Shown: piece by piece, positions 20,167 through 29,618 of the stretch
How positions within the stretch are numbered: the first letter of the stretch is position 1
How the letters are laid out: every line of letters begins with the position of its first letter
NCBI GenBank assembly: GCA_051650085.1
Contig: JBOFII010000021.1
Coordinates: 54,856-118,855, forward strand
DNA length: 64,000 nucleotides
Direction: 5' to 3'
Source: Formosimonas sp.
GTDB lineage: Bacteria > Pseudomonadota > Gammaproteobacteria > Burkholderiales > Burkholderiaceae
The notes under the pieces: model-generated
Told to the model about the DNA's origin: nothing
The model's database searches: none
Seen by the model: only the letters and a program-made list of their open reading frames with translations
Position numbers and translations under genes: made by a program

Positions 20167-21684
20167 TTAAGAACTACATGACAACATCGAGCAACCCGCT
20201 CGACTTTTCGCCCAATCGGGGCGTTTGGCGTATAAATGTTGCAAATCTGACTGCTCGTCATACGGGTTGAGCAAGGCGCGTTGCAGGTCGTGCAATGGTT
20301 TTAAGTCGCCTTGCTCGGCGGCATCTATCGCCAATTGACTCAAATAATTGCGCAAAACAAAGCGTGGATTGACGGCGTTCATGCGCTGGCGGCGCAATGC
20401 TCCGCTGTCGTTTTGCGCATCAAGCCGCGTTTGGTAGCGTTGCAGCCACTGATTGACTTCGGCTTGCGCCTCTGGCGTTAAAGGCTCATAAAACGCCGCA
20501 CTCAAGTCGCTGCCATTGGCCAAGCTGCGAAACAGTTCGGTGTAATCGACCGTGTAGCGTTGCATCCATGCGAATAAGTCGTTGACCAGCGTCATGTCGC
20601 TGTCTTGCCACGCCAAAAAACCCAGTTTGGCGGCCAAAGTGGTTTGCAATTGTTGCTGGTAAACTGCGTCAAAATGTGCCAATCCGTCGAGCAAGGCGTT
20701 TTGCGACGGCGCGACGCTGATTAAACTTTGCGCCAGTTGGTGCAAATTCCAGCGCGCCACGCCCGCTTGGCGGCCAAAAGCGTAGCGCTTGTGCGCAGCG
20801 TCGGTGGTGTTGGGCGTCCAGCCAAAATCAAGGTTGTCCATCCAGCCATATGGCCCGTAGTCGATGGTCAATCCCATAATCGACATATTGTCGGTGTTCA
20901 TCACCCCGTGCACAAAGCCAACGCGCAGCCATTCGACCATCAGATGCGCGGTGCGCTCACAGACAAGTTTGAACCACGCGGCAAAGTCACCATCAACTTG
21001 CGGGTAATCGCGCCGCAAGGTGAAATCGACCAGTTGGCGCAAAAGGTCAGTGTCACCACGTTGGGCGAATAACTCAAACTGCCCAAAACGGGTGAACGAT
21101 TGGGCGACGCGGCAGACAATCGCGCCCGCCTCGGCCTGCGCGTTGCCGTCATAAAACATGTCGCGCACTACCGCATCGCCCGTGGCGATTAAACTCAATG
21201 CACGAGTGGTCGGCACGCCAAGGTGATGCATGGCCTCAGAGCACAAAAACTCGCGAATCGACGAGCGCAGCACGGCTCTGCCATCGGCGGTGCGCGAGTA
21301 TGGCGTGGGGCCGGCGCCTTTGAGTTGCAACTCCATGCGCTGGCCGTTGTGCAGCACTTCACCGAGTGAAATCGCTCGCCCATCGCCCAATTGCCCCGCC
21401 CAATGGCCGAATTGATGGCCGCCGTAGCAAGTGGCGTACGGCTGCATGCCGTCCAACAACCGATTGCCCGCAAACACCTGCGCAAACTCATCGCTGCGCA
21501 CGTCAGATTCACTCAAACCCAGCGCGGTGGCGACATCGGACGAATGCGCTAAAAGTTGAGGCTGCGCCACGGGCGTAGGTTGCACGGCCGACCAACACGC
21601 GCCATGCACTTGACGCGGTGCGCCGCCTGTTTGTGGGTCGCGCGGCAGTTCACGAGTCAATTGATTGTCAAAATTTAGTTTCAT
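20167..21684 (-). CDS. selO: Protein adenylyltransferase SelO (YdiU)
   Basis: 505 aa. Motifs are YGGHQFG.WAGQLGDGRA, LKGAGPTPYSR, GVMNTDNMSI and ATCYGGHQF. Confidence 0.9.
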   Translation of the reverse strand: MKLNFDNQLTRELPRDPQTGGAPRQVHGACWSAVQPTPVAQPQLLAHSSDVATALGLSESDVRSDEFAQVFAGNRLLDGMQPYATCYGGHQFGHWAGQLGDGRAISLGEVLHNGQRMELQLKGAGPTPYSRTADGRAVLRSSIREFLCSEAMHHLGVPTTRALSLIATGDAVVRDMFYDGNAQAEAGAIVCRVAQSFTRFGQFELFAQRGDTDLLRQLVDFTLRRDYPQVDGDFAAWFKLVCERTAHLMVEWLRVGFVHGVMNTDNMSIMGLTIDYGPYGWMDNLDFGWTPNTTDAAHKRYAFGRQAGVARWNLHQLAQSLISVAPSQNALLDGLAHFDAVYQQQLQTTLAAKLGFLAWQDSDMTLVNDLFAWMQRYTVDYTELFRSLANGSDLSAAFYEPLTPEAQAEVNQWLQRYQTRLDAQNDSGALRRQRMNAVNPRFVLRNYLSQLAIDAAEQGDLKPLHDLQRALLNPYDEQSDLQHLYAKRPDWAKSRAGCSMLSCSS

Positions 21685-21740
21685 ATTGGCCTGTTTGAGT
21701 GAAGTTTTCGGTATTATGTCTTATCTTTATCTTTGGAGTT

Positions 21741-22889
21741 ATGATGAACGTCCGCTCTTCTTTTTTTATTTTAGCCACATTATTTGCCGCCACAACGGCT
21801 CTGGCCAAGCCATCCGCACACATTTTATTAGACCCCGCCACTCAAAAGCCTTTGCCGCACACGCCGTATTTCATGGTACTCAAAGGCGAAAAGGTCAAAG
21901 GAATAGCTTACACCGATGCCAATGGTAAAACTCAAGCAACCTCACGTCAGCCCGATATTTTGGTACAAGCCGAAGGGACAGGCAAAGAGCTGCTTTTGGT
22001 TAATCTTAAAGAAGCACAAATTGAACAAGCGGGCAAAGCCAGTGTTCCTTATATCATTTACAACCCTGTGAGCCATCAAGCCTTATGTGCTCACGCCAAT
22101 GCCAAAGGGGACAGTCATGCTTATTTCATGGATGATGCCCAACTGTGGTACAAAAATGCACTGATGTTTGAACGCCAAACCAATGCCAGTTGCGCCCAAG
22201 CCCGCACCGACATTAGCCCACTGCTCAACTCTGACAGCGAAAAATTTTTAGCGGCCTACGAGTCGGGTTCATCTTCGGTGTTGATGAGTAAAAAGCAAAA
22301 AAAACAGCTCCTGTACGCCCATGTGAGCAACCTTATTGACGACAAAAAATCGGATTTTAATAGTAAAGCAGCCCAAAAAACGCTTGACCTTGCCGCCAAC
22401 ACCGCCAGCGATGAGCAAAACAGCATGCAGCTGAACAGCATCGGTTATAGCCTTGGCATTGAACGGCAAAACTATAAACAAGGCTTGCGTTTGCTCGACG
22501 AAGCACTACTCATCAGCCCCAACGACTGCTACGCCACCAACAGCAAAGGCTATTTGCTCATGCGCTCAGGCAAAATCGAGCAGTCGCGTGAATACTTTGA
22601 AGCCTCCGATAAAAGTTGCAAAGAAGCCGCCAAAACAGGCTCTACCAACACCTATGACTACCCAATTACCGTCAACACCGTACATTTGGCTGAAAATTAC
22701 GCTTTATTGGGCGATGTCGACAAAGCCAACGCCTATTTTTTAAGCGCACTTAAAATCGGTTCAGCCAAAGCCGAACGCGAAATCAGCGAAGTAGCCAGAA
22801 ACCTCATCAAGAGCAAGGTACTTTCGGCCAGCAATCAACGCCTATACGCTGCTTATCTGCAATGGATTGAACGCAAAAATGCGCCATAA
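21741..22889 (+). CDS. Secreted hypothetical protein with a C-terminal TPR-like region
   Basis: The signal peptide is MMNVRSSFFILATLFAATTALA|KP. The C-terminal third shows TPR-like helical repeats. I recognise no catalytic motif. Confidence 0.6.
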   Translation: MMNVRSSFFILATLFAATTALAKPSAHILLDPATQKPLPHTPYFMVLKGEKVKGIAYTDANGKTQATSRQPDILVQAEGTGKELLLVNLKEAQIEQAGKASVPYIIYNPVSHQALCAHANAKGDSHAYFMDDAQLWYKNALMFERQTNASCAQARTDISPLLNSDSEKFLAAYESGSSSVLMSKKQKKQLLYAHVSNLIDDKKSDFNSKAAQKTLDLAANTASDEQNSMQLNSIGYSLGIERQNYKQGLRLLDEALLISPNDCYATNSKGYLLMRSGKIEQSREYFEASDKSCKEAAKTGSTNTYDYPITVNTVHLAENYALLGDVDKANAYFLSALKIGSAKAEREISEVARNLIKSKVLSASNQRLYAAYLQWIERKNAP

Positions 22890-22891
22890 AC

Positions 22892-23791
22892 ATGTTTGAA
22901 CTTTTTCTCAAAATAGCCAGCATCATCGCGCCCGTTTTGGGCATGGTGCTGTGCGGCTACATTTATGCTCGCCTGCGCCCACACAGCGCACGGCAAGAGA
23001 TGGTCTCGGTCAATCAAGTCATCGGCGGTCTACTCACGCCGCTGATGATTTTTTCGGCCATGAGTGCCAAAGAGTTTGACATTTACACCAACTGGCCGCT
23101 GTTTTTAGCGGGTTTGTGGGTGATTGCGGGCAGCATTTTGATTGGGTTCATCGTCGCGCGGTTCATGGGTTTTAGCATCAAAACCTTTGTCCCGCCGATG
23201 ATGTACAACAACTGCGGCAACATGGGTCTGCCACTGGCCTTATTTGCCTTTGGGCAACTTGGCTTTGCGCAAGCCACGGTTTTGTTTGTGTTGTGCAACG
23301 TGTTGTATTTCACACTTGGCGCATGGATTTTATCAGGCGGCAAAATGTCATGGCAATTGCTCAAAACTCCGATTGTCGGCGCCATGGCATTCGGCCTCGT
23401 TTTCGCGCTCTTGCGCATCCCCGTACCCGAACCGATTCAACACACCCTCACCTTCATGAGCCACACCTGCATCACCATGATGATGATTTCACTGGGCGTG
23501 CGCCTGATGGATGTCGAATTCAAAGAAGCCAAAATCGGTTTGATTGGCGGCATGGTTTGCCCATTGAGCAGTTTACTGTTTGCTTATATTTTGTTGCACT
23601 ATCGCTTCATCCCCATCAACAACGCGCAAATGAGCTCACTTCTGCTGTTCGCCAGTTTGCCACCTGGGGTTTTTTCGTATATTTTGGCCGATGCGTACAA
23701 CCAACAACCCAACAAAGTGGCGGCCATTGTCTTGCTGGGTAACCTCATGTCTCTGATTTTTGTCCCGTTGGGCTTGGCTTTGGCTCTGTAA
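22892..23791 (+). CDS. AEC (auxin efflux carrier) family transporter
   Basis: 299 aa with about 10 TM segments and Mem_trans-like halves. Confidence 0.75.
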   Translation: MFELFLKIASIIAPVLGMVLCGYIYARLRPHSARQEMVSVNQVIGGLLTPLMIFSAMSAKEFDIYTNWPLFLAGLWVIAGSILIGFIVARFMGFSIKTFVPPMMYNNCGNMGLPLALFAFGQLGFAQATVLFVLCNVLYFTLGAWILSGGKMSWQLLKTPIVGAMAFGLVFALLRIPVPEPIQHTLTFMSHTCITMMMISLGVRLMDVEFKEAKIGLIGGMVCPLSSLLFAYILLHYRFIPINNAQMSSLLLFASLPPGVFSYILADAYNQQPNKVAAIVLLGNLMSLIFVPLGLALAL

Positions 23792-23792
23792 G

Positions 23793-24485
23793 TTAATCCA
23801 TCGACCAAAGCACGCTCTTTTTGCTTTTTTTGCCCAACATGGCCAAAACCTCCTCGTGCGCGGCGGCGTCATCCGCGCTCACTTCAATCAGCGGCAAGTC
23901 AAGGCTGCGCACATCAATCGGTGCGCCGCCGCTGGCGTTGACGCTCACATCCACGTCCATCGCCAGCGTTTCTTGGCCACGGGTCATGGCCAAATACACT
24001 TCGGCCAAAATTTCGGCGTCAAGCAACGCGCCGTGCAACACCCGATGCGCGTTACTCACGCCAAGCCGCTCACACAGCGCGTCTAAGTTGTTGCGCTTAC
24101 CAGGGAACATGTTTTTCGCCATGCGCAGCGTGTCTTCAATCTCGCACACCTCGTTCATCGGCGGTAAATTGAGCAAGGCCAACTCGGCATTGATGAACTT
24201 GGTGTCAAACGATGCATTGTGAATCAGCACCGTCGCGCCACGCACAAATTCGATTAAATCTGTCGCAATTTCTTTAAACAATGGCTTGTCGCGCAAGAAT
24301 TCAGTCGTCAAACCGTGCACCGCCAACGCGCCCTCGTCCGACTCGCGTTGTGGATTAAGGTAATGGTGAAAATGCCGACCCGTCAATTGACGGTTAATCA
24401 TTTCCACACAACCGACCTCAACCAGTTTGTGGCCTGTCGCAGGGTCTAGCCCTGTGGTTTCGGTATCTAAAATGACATGTCTCAT
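23793..24485 (-). CDS. dnaQ: DNA polymerase III epsilon subunit (3'-5' proofreading exonuclease)
   Basis: Exo I is VILDTETTGL, Exo II is LIHNASFD and Exo III is HGALLDAEILAEVY. Confidence 0.9.
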   Translation of the reverse strand: MRHVILDTETTGLDPATGHKLVEVGCVEMINRQLTGRHFHHYLNPQRESDEGALAVHGLTTEFLRDKPLFKEIATDLIEFVRGATVLIHNASFDTKFINAELALLNLPPMNEVCEIEDTLRMAKNMFPGKRNNLDALCERLGVSNAHRVLHGALLDAEILAEVYLAMTRGQETLAMDVDVSVNASGGAPIDVRSLDLPLIEVSADDAAAHEEVLAMLGKKSKKSVLWSMD

Positions 24486-24513
24486 AAGTTCTCTTTAAAC
24501 GATTTCCCAAACA

Positions 24514-24620
24514 AGGAGATGCCGTGTCAAGCACGGCATGACGGATGGGATGGGTTGACTTAAAACGCCGCCCCACCCGTCATTGCGGGCCTGACCCGCA
24601 ATCCCCCAAACACGGCATGG
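24514..24620. repeat. Rearranged or tandem decayed copies of the Y-X structured repeat (X - 33-nt spacer - Y - partial X)
   Basis: aggagat-gccgtg/cacggc-atgacgg, then a spacer, then ccgtcat-tgcggg/cccgca-atccccc, then cacggcatg. It lies between the dnaQ start and the end of the enoyl-CoA hydratase gene. Confidence 0.75.
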
Positions 24621-24628
24621 CGAACGGT

Positions 24629-25393
24629 TTACTTAAACACCGCTTTGCGTTTTTCAACAAACGCCGCCATGCCTTCTTTTTGGTCTGCGGTGGCAAATAA
24701 ACTGTGGAACGCGCGGCGTTCAAACTGCAAACCTGCGGCTAAGTTTTGTTCAAACGCCGCATTAACGGCCTCTTTCGCCATCAGCGTCGAGACACGGCCG
24801 TACCGCGCCATGGTTTGCGCCATTTTGAGGGCTTCATCCCGCAAGTCAGACAACGGCACCACTCGCGCCACCAGTCCCGCTCGCTCGGCCTCAGCAGCAT
24901 CCATCATGCGCCCTGTCAAAATCATGTCCATCGCCTTGGCCTTGCCAATCGCACGGGTCAAGCGTTGCGTGCCGCCCGCACCAGGGATGATGCCCAATTT
25001 GATTTCAGGCTGGCCAAACTGCGCGTTGTCAGCGGCAATGATGGTATCGCACGCCAACGCCAACTCGCAACCACCACCGAGCGCAAAGCCCGCCACAGCA
25101 GCGATAATCGGCTTGCGAATCTGCGCCACCGTGTCCCAGTTGCGGCTGATGAAATTTTGCGTGTAGGCGGTTTCAAAATCCAACGCCGCCATTGCCTTAA
25201 TGTCCGCCCCCGCCGCAAAGGCTTTATCAGAGCCTGTAATGATGATGACGGCAATGCTCGGATCAGCATCCAAACGCAGCAAAGCCGCGCCCAGCTCATC
25301 CATCAGTTCATCATTAAGCGCGTTAAGCTGCTCAGGGCGGTTCAGCGTGATGCGGGCCACCGCATCAAAGGTGTCGAGGATTATAGTGTTCAT
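24629..25393 (-). CDS. Enoyl-CoA hydratase (crotonase family)
   Basis: 254 aa. Motifs are [29 protein letters not shown] and [12 protein letters not shown]. Confidence 0.9.
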   Translation of the reverse strand: MNTIILDTFDAVARITLNRPEQLNALNDELMDELGAALLRLDADPSIAVIIITGSDKAFAAGADIKAMAALDFETAYTQNFISRNWDTVAQIRKPIIAAVAGFALGGGCELALACDTIIAADNAQFGQPEIKLGIIPGAGGTQRLTRAIGKAKAMDMILTGRMMDAAEAERAGLVARVVPLSDLRDEALKMAQTMARYGRVSTLMAKEAVNAAFEQNLAAGLQFERRAFHSLFATADQKEGMAAFVEKRKAVFK

Positions 25394-25440
25394 GGGTTCT
25401 TTCTTAAAAAATAAACGTGATGTCTTACGAGAAGCAGGGG

Positions 25441-26355
25441 TTAAGCCGCCAATCCGACATCGTTAATCACAGGGACATTGTTGGCATCCAACAAGCGGCG
25501 GTTTTGATTCAAAAAATCGATGAATAAAAACGCGCCGCTGCGTTTGTTGCCGTCGGTAAATGGATGGTTTTTGACCACAAAATACAATAAATGCGCGGCT
25601 TTGCTCTCAATGCTCGGATAAGCAGGCTCGCCAAAAACGCTTTGCGCCAAGTTGCCCAACAATGCAGCCAAGCCGTCGCCACGCTCCAATGCAAACAACT
25701 CTGTGGCTTCGCCTCGGCCAATCAACTCGCTTTTGAGCCGCGCCAAGGCGGCACGGGTCTCACTCAAACTGGGCAAACTGCCGCCTGCTTGCGCGGCTGG
25801 CTCGTCAAGCAAACCTTCATCGTATTGTTGCAACAACAAAAACGTGTGCGCATAACGCGCCAAAACATCCACCAAACCGCGCCCCATGTCGGATGAGAGT
25901 TCGGGCGATGCGGCGGCTTTTTGCACCAGTGCCAATGCGGCAGCAAAGGCTTGTGTGTTGTGCTGCAAACGTTGCTGGTTGAGCGTGTAGCCTTGGGTGA
26001 GGTGCGTGCGCAAGGTACGGGTGGCCCATTGGCGAAAACCCACCGCGCGTTTAGAGCTGACTCGGTAGCCGACCGATAAAATCATGTCCAAATTGTAATG
26101 TTTGATGTTGCGCTTAACCTGCCGCGCCCCTTCCATTTGAACTGCTAAGAAATCCTTAGTAGTTGAAACGTCATCCAGTTCTTGGTCTTTGATGATGTTT
26201 TTAATATGCATCAAAATATTTTCAGGCGTCGTTTCAAACAACATGGCCATTTGTTTTTGACTAAGCCATACCGTATCTTGCCCGCCATCCAAGCGCACTT
26301 CTAACGCGCCTGTTTCGGTTTGATAAATCATGAGTTCGTTATTGGGGTGGTTCAT
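25441..26355 (-). CDS. RhuM-family N-terminal domain fused to a Doc-subtype Fic domain
   Basis: 304 aa. The N-terminal half has the RhuM pattern ([22 protein letters not shown]...EL; [26 protein letters not shown]). The C-terminal motif [12 protein letters not shown] fits the Doc signature HxFx(D/N)(A/G)NKR. Confidence 0.8.
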   Translation of the reverse strand: MNHPNNELMIYQTETGALEVRLDGGQDTVWLSQKQMAMLFETTPENILMHIKNIIKDQELDDVSTTKDFLAVQMEGARQVKRNIKHYNLDMILSVGYRVSSKRAVGFRQWATRTLRTHLTQGYTLNQQRLQHNTQAFAAALALVQKAAASPELSSDMGRGLVDVLARYAHTFLLLQQYDEGLLDEPAAQAGGSLPSLSETRAALARLKSELIGRGEATELFALERGDGLAALLGNLAQSVFGEPAYPSIESKAAHLLYFVVKNHPFTDGNKRSGAFLFIDFLNQNRRLLDANNVPVINDVGLAA

Positions 26356-26439
26356 AGTTCAGTCCTACCAGTTGGTGTTTGATTTGAGTTTCTAATTCAT
26401 GCGATTAGGCGAATAACGGTATGCCTTACAACTCAAATA

Positions 26440-27819
26440 TCAATTCAAAACAATCAAACGATTTTTAGCACGGGTAAATGCAACATAATGTAAGCGCTTA
26501 ATATTTTGATTATTGAGCTTTAAAAAGTCATTGGCATAAACAAATACATTATTAAACTCCAAACCTTTAGCACTGTGTATGGTCATGGCGATTTGATCAC
26601 ACAGTGGGTTATGTCTGAAAAAACCAGTCACCTCCTCATCTTTCAGCGACTCAATGAAATTATCAATTTGCTCACTTCGTAAAACGGGAAAAACGCTATT
26701 GAGAGCCTGCAAAGTCTGCGCGTTTGGGTTCTGATTAAAGACTCGTAATTTTGATATAAATGACACAGGGGTTGTTTCGTCGGTATAAACTGCATCATAA
26801 AAATGATACTCGCTAAATTTCTGCCCCAAAAGAGCCAAGCGATAAAGATTAGCAGTTAACTCAGGATTATCAGATTGTTCAACTAACTCAGGCGTTTTAA
26901 CCACTTTAATATGAGCGGGCAAAGATTCAAGCTGTCTATTGCTCTGCACAAGAACAGCGAATCCTTCCGTTTTTAATCTTTCATGGTCTGCGCTTTTATT
27001 TTCCAAAAAGTCAATCGGACAACGAAATACACCATGTTTTGTGTTTTCATCATAATCACCCTGCATGGGCAAATCCGTTTGATTTGCCCAAAAATCAATT
27101 CGCGCATTGCACCTATGATTTTTTAAGAGGTGAAAAACCCCACCAGACTGGATAAATCGTTGGTCATTACTCAAAGCATTAAATTTGTCTGGATCTGCAC
27201 CTCGAAACCCAAAAATAGTTTGACTTGAATCACCAATCAGCACGCACTCAAGCCCAAGCCCCATCAATTCATCAACAATATCGTATTGCCAATGGTTATT
27301 GTCTTGTGCTTCATCAATATAAACCGCATGAAACTTGGCTTGTAAATATCTTCTGAGCTGCGGTTTGCTTTTGATGAGTGATAAAGCATGTTCAAAAAGG
27401 AAATCATCATTGGCCTGAGCTGCAAATGGAATTTTTCCATTCTGTACAAAGTATGCGAGCCAATTATCTAAGCTGCTTTGTTTGTTCGAATACGTAAACG
27501 GTAATTTTCGCCCCCGAAACCGCTCATCAAAGCCTAACACGTGCCTTTTTAAAAAAACATGAAAGGTCGAAGATTCAATTTGCGAATGCACGCCGCCTTT
27601 AGCCTGCAATTTATTGCGTAAATCTTGAGCCGATTTATTGGTAAATGATATCAGCGCAATCGATTGCCAAGGCTGTATCCGCGCAGTGTGTCGAACACAA
27701 CGCTCAATAATCGTTGTCGACTTTCCCGATCCTGCGCACGCCGAAATAATGGCATTCCCCCATTTGGCAGGTTCAAAAATAGCCACTTGTTCAGAAGTCC
27801 ATTCAAAAGCTTTAATCAC
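26440..27819 (-). CDS. gajB: UvrD/PcrA-like superfamily 1 helicase, GajB-like (Gabija component B)
   Basis: The start was reassigned to the GTG at 27819, which is preceded by GGAG and overlaps the upstream stop by 8 nt. It has Walker A CAGSGKST, motif II VYIDEAQDN and motif VI YVAFTRAKNRL. Confidence 0.8.
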   Translation of the reverse strand: MIKAFEWTSEQVAIFEPAKWGNAIISACAGSGKSTTIIERCVRHTARIQPWQSIALISFTNKSAQDLRNKLQAKGGVHSQIESSTFHVFLKRHVLGFDERFRGRKLPFTYSNKQSSLDNWLAYFVQNGKIPFAAQANDDFLFEHALSLIKSKPQLRRYLQAKFHAVYIDEAQDNNHWQYDIVDELMGLGLECVLIGDSSQTIFGFRGADPDKFNALSNDQRFIQSGGVFHLLKNHRCNARIDFWANQTDLPMQGDYDENTKHGVFRCPIDFLENKSADHERLKTEGFAVLVQSNRQLESLPAHIKVVKTPELVEQSDNPELTANLYRLALLGQKFSEYHFYDAVYTDETTPVSFISKLRVFNQNPNAQTLQALNSVFPVLRSEQIDNFIESLKDEEVTGFFRHNPLCDQIAMTIHSAKGLEFNNVFVYANDFLKLNNQNIKRLHYVAFTRAKNRLIVLN

Positions 27820-29548
27820 GACTGATCTCCGCCAAACACTTGAATAACGGTGAATCAAAAATGTTGTCGATTTGCTGAGCAAACTCACCATTGACAATGG
27901 CTTCGTACATATTGTGCCATTTTTTGTTTTGCAACTTTTCAACCCACTTCGGGTCTTTTTGCAGAACTTCTGCTAGGTCATTTTCTAAATCAATTTTTGA
28001 TAGATAAATATGATGACTTTCAAATCTTGAAACAAAATTGTTGTCTGCTTGTGCATTATTTTCATATATATTAATTTTGGTAATGTCATTAAGTTCTGAT
28101 TTTGGCTTAGAATCTAGCAAAAATACTGGTGTCTCAGTGCTTGGAATCACTAAATTGAGCAACTCAATGCAGCGGTTAAGCCCAATATAACTGAACGTAT
28201 CATTGTTATTGGCTTTTATATCATTATCAGTTTTTACCATAACTTCAATACCTAAACCGCGCAAAATAGTCCAGTACTCTTTGAAGTGCGCGCCCATTAC
28301 ATGCATGACATAAATGCGTTGGCGCAGGTTTTGATTGTTTTTGAGCTTCTCATCTAATAAATAATCAAACAAAAGTTTTTCAGAAGGGCCTTCCACCAGC
28401 AACACCCTATCGACAAACAAACAGTGCGCCAAGTTTTCTAATAACTTTTGCTTCATGCTTGGGTAAGCGCTTGAAAGCTGCGCCACTGCCGACTGAGAGT
28501 TCGTTGTGTGTGATTTTGAATACAGCCGAATCAATTGTGCGGAGTCAGAAATATGATAAAAAAGTTGTGGTGAGTGCGTGGTTAAAAACACATAGGAAAT
28601 CGGGCTTTTCTCACCAAACAAAGCCAATGACAAATCGACCTGCGCAGATAAAAACAAATGGTTTTCAGGCTCCTCTATTAATAGCAACGGAATCTCACGT
28701 TGCCGCTGCGGATCTGATGATTGCGTCAATAAATGCGTAATCATCGCATACATAAGCTTTTTTTTGCGACCATCACCTGATGTTGGATACAGTTTTGCAT
28801 TGCCTTCATTTGGTGCTTTACCATAAAGAGCCAAGTGATTGTGAATACCGCCAACGCTTTGCTCTGAAGCGATTTCGATTTCGTATTGCTCGTCAAATAT
28901 TTTTAAACTACTGTTAATCGCCGATTGTATGGCATCAACAGAGGGTAATTCTTTAATTTGTTGATTAATTTGTTCAGTAAGTCCTTCGATTTTTTGCAAC
29001 GCACCACTGTCTTGTTGCCTCCAATTTTTTGAGTCATCGGACAGCAACTCCTTTTTAAGTTCAGAAAATGTACGCTCCAACTCAATGCCTGATGGAATGT
29101 AAACACAACGAAACAATTTGTCCAAAATAGTTTTACTGACGCCATAGCTGGGTATCGGCATCAGTGTTTCGGGATTGCTCCCCCACAGCAGTGTCAATAG
29201 TTTGTCTTCATTTAATTCTTGCTTGATACTCAATTGAACGTAAAATGCTGAGCCATCAGCATCAATTGCTTCACCTGCCGATGCTCTTAATTTATTTGTA
29301 TCAGCATCGTCCTCACTGGTATCAAAGCAGCATTCGATGATAATTTCATCTACGGTGTTATAAGCATGAAAATCAGAATCTAATATTTCTTGATTACGGA
29401 CACGAGGATCAAACAACATACGCAGGGCATGCATCATGTTGGACTTACCCACATCGTTCATGCCGAAAATGAGATTTTTATTTGCAATGTCGATGGTTAC
29501 ATCGGCAAAATTTCGGAAATTCTTTATCTTTAACTGGGCTAATTTCAT
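27812..29548 (-). CDS. gajA: OLD-family ATPase/Toprim nuclease, GajA-like (Gabija component A)
   Basis: 578 aa. N-terminal ABC-type ATPase features are Walker A GMNDVGKSN and Walker B LLLIEEPENHL. C-terminal Toprim features are VLLVEGPSEKLLF and the acidic cluster KTDNDIK. GGGAG lies before the ATG. Confidence 0.85.
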   Translation of the reverse strand: MKLAQLKIKNFRNFADVTIDIANKNLIFGMNDVGKSNMMHALRMLFDPRVRNQEILDSDFHAYNTVDEIIIECCFDTSEDDADTNKLRASAGEAIDADGSAFYVQLSIKQELNEDKLLTLLWGSNPETLMPIPSYGVSKTILDKLFRCVYIPSGIELERTFSELKKELLSDDSKNWRQQDSGALQKIEGLTEQINQQIKELPSVDAIQSAINSSLKIFDEQYEIEIASEQSVGGIHNHLALYGKAPNEGNAKLYPTSGDGRKKKLMYAMITHLLTQSSDPQRQREIPLLLIEEPENHLFLSAQVDLSLALFGEKSPISYVFLTTHSPQLFYHISDSAQLIRLYSKSHTTNSQSAVAQLSSAYPSMKQKLLENLAHCLFVDRVLLVEGPSEKLLFDYLLDEKLKNNQNLRQRIYVMHVMGAHFKEYWTILRGLGIEVMVKTDNDIKANNNDTFSYIGLNRCIELLNLVIPSTETPVFLLDSKPKSELNDITKINIYENNAQADNNFVSRFESHHIYLSKIDLENDLAEVLQKDPKWVEKLQNKKWHNMYEAIVNGEFAQQIDNIFDSPLFKCLAEISRD

Positions 29549-29618
29549 GGATACTCCCTTAAATAGGCACTGTTTTGTTACTGGTCATTTTGGCTTTAGC
29601 AAGCATTAAAGCACATCA

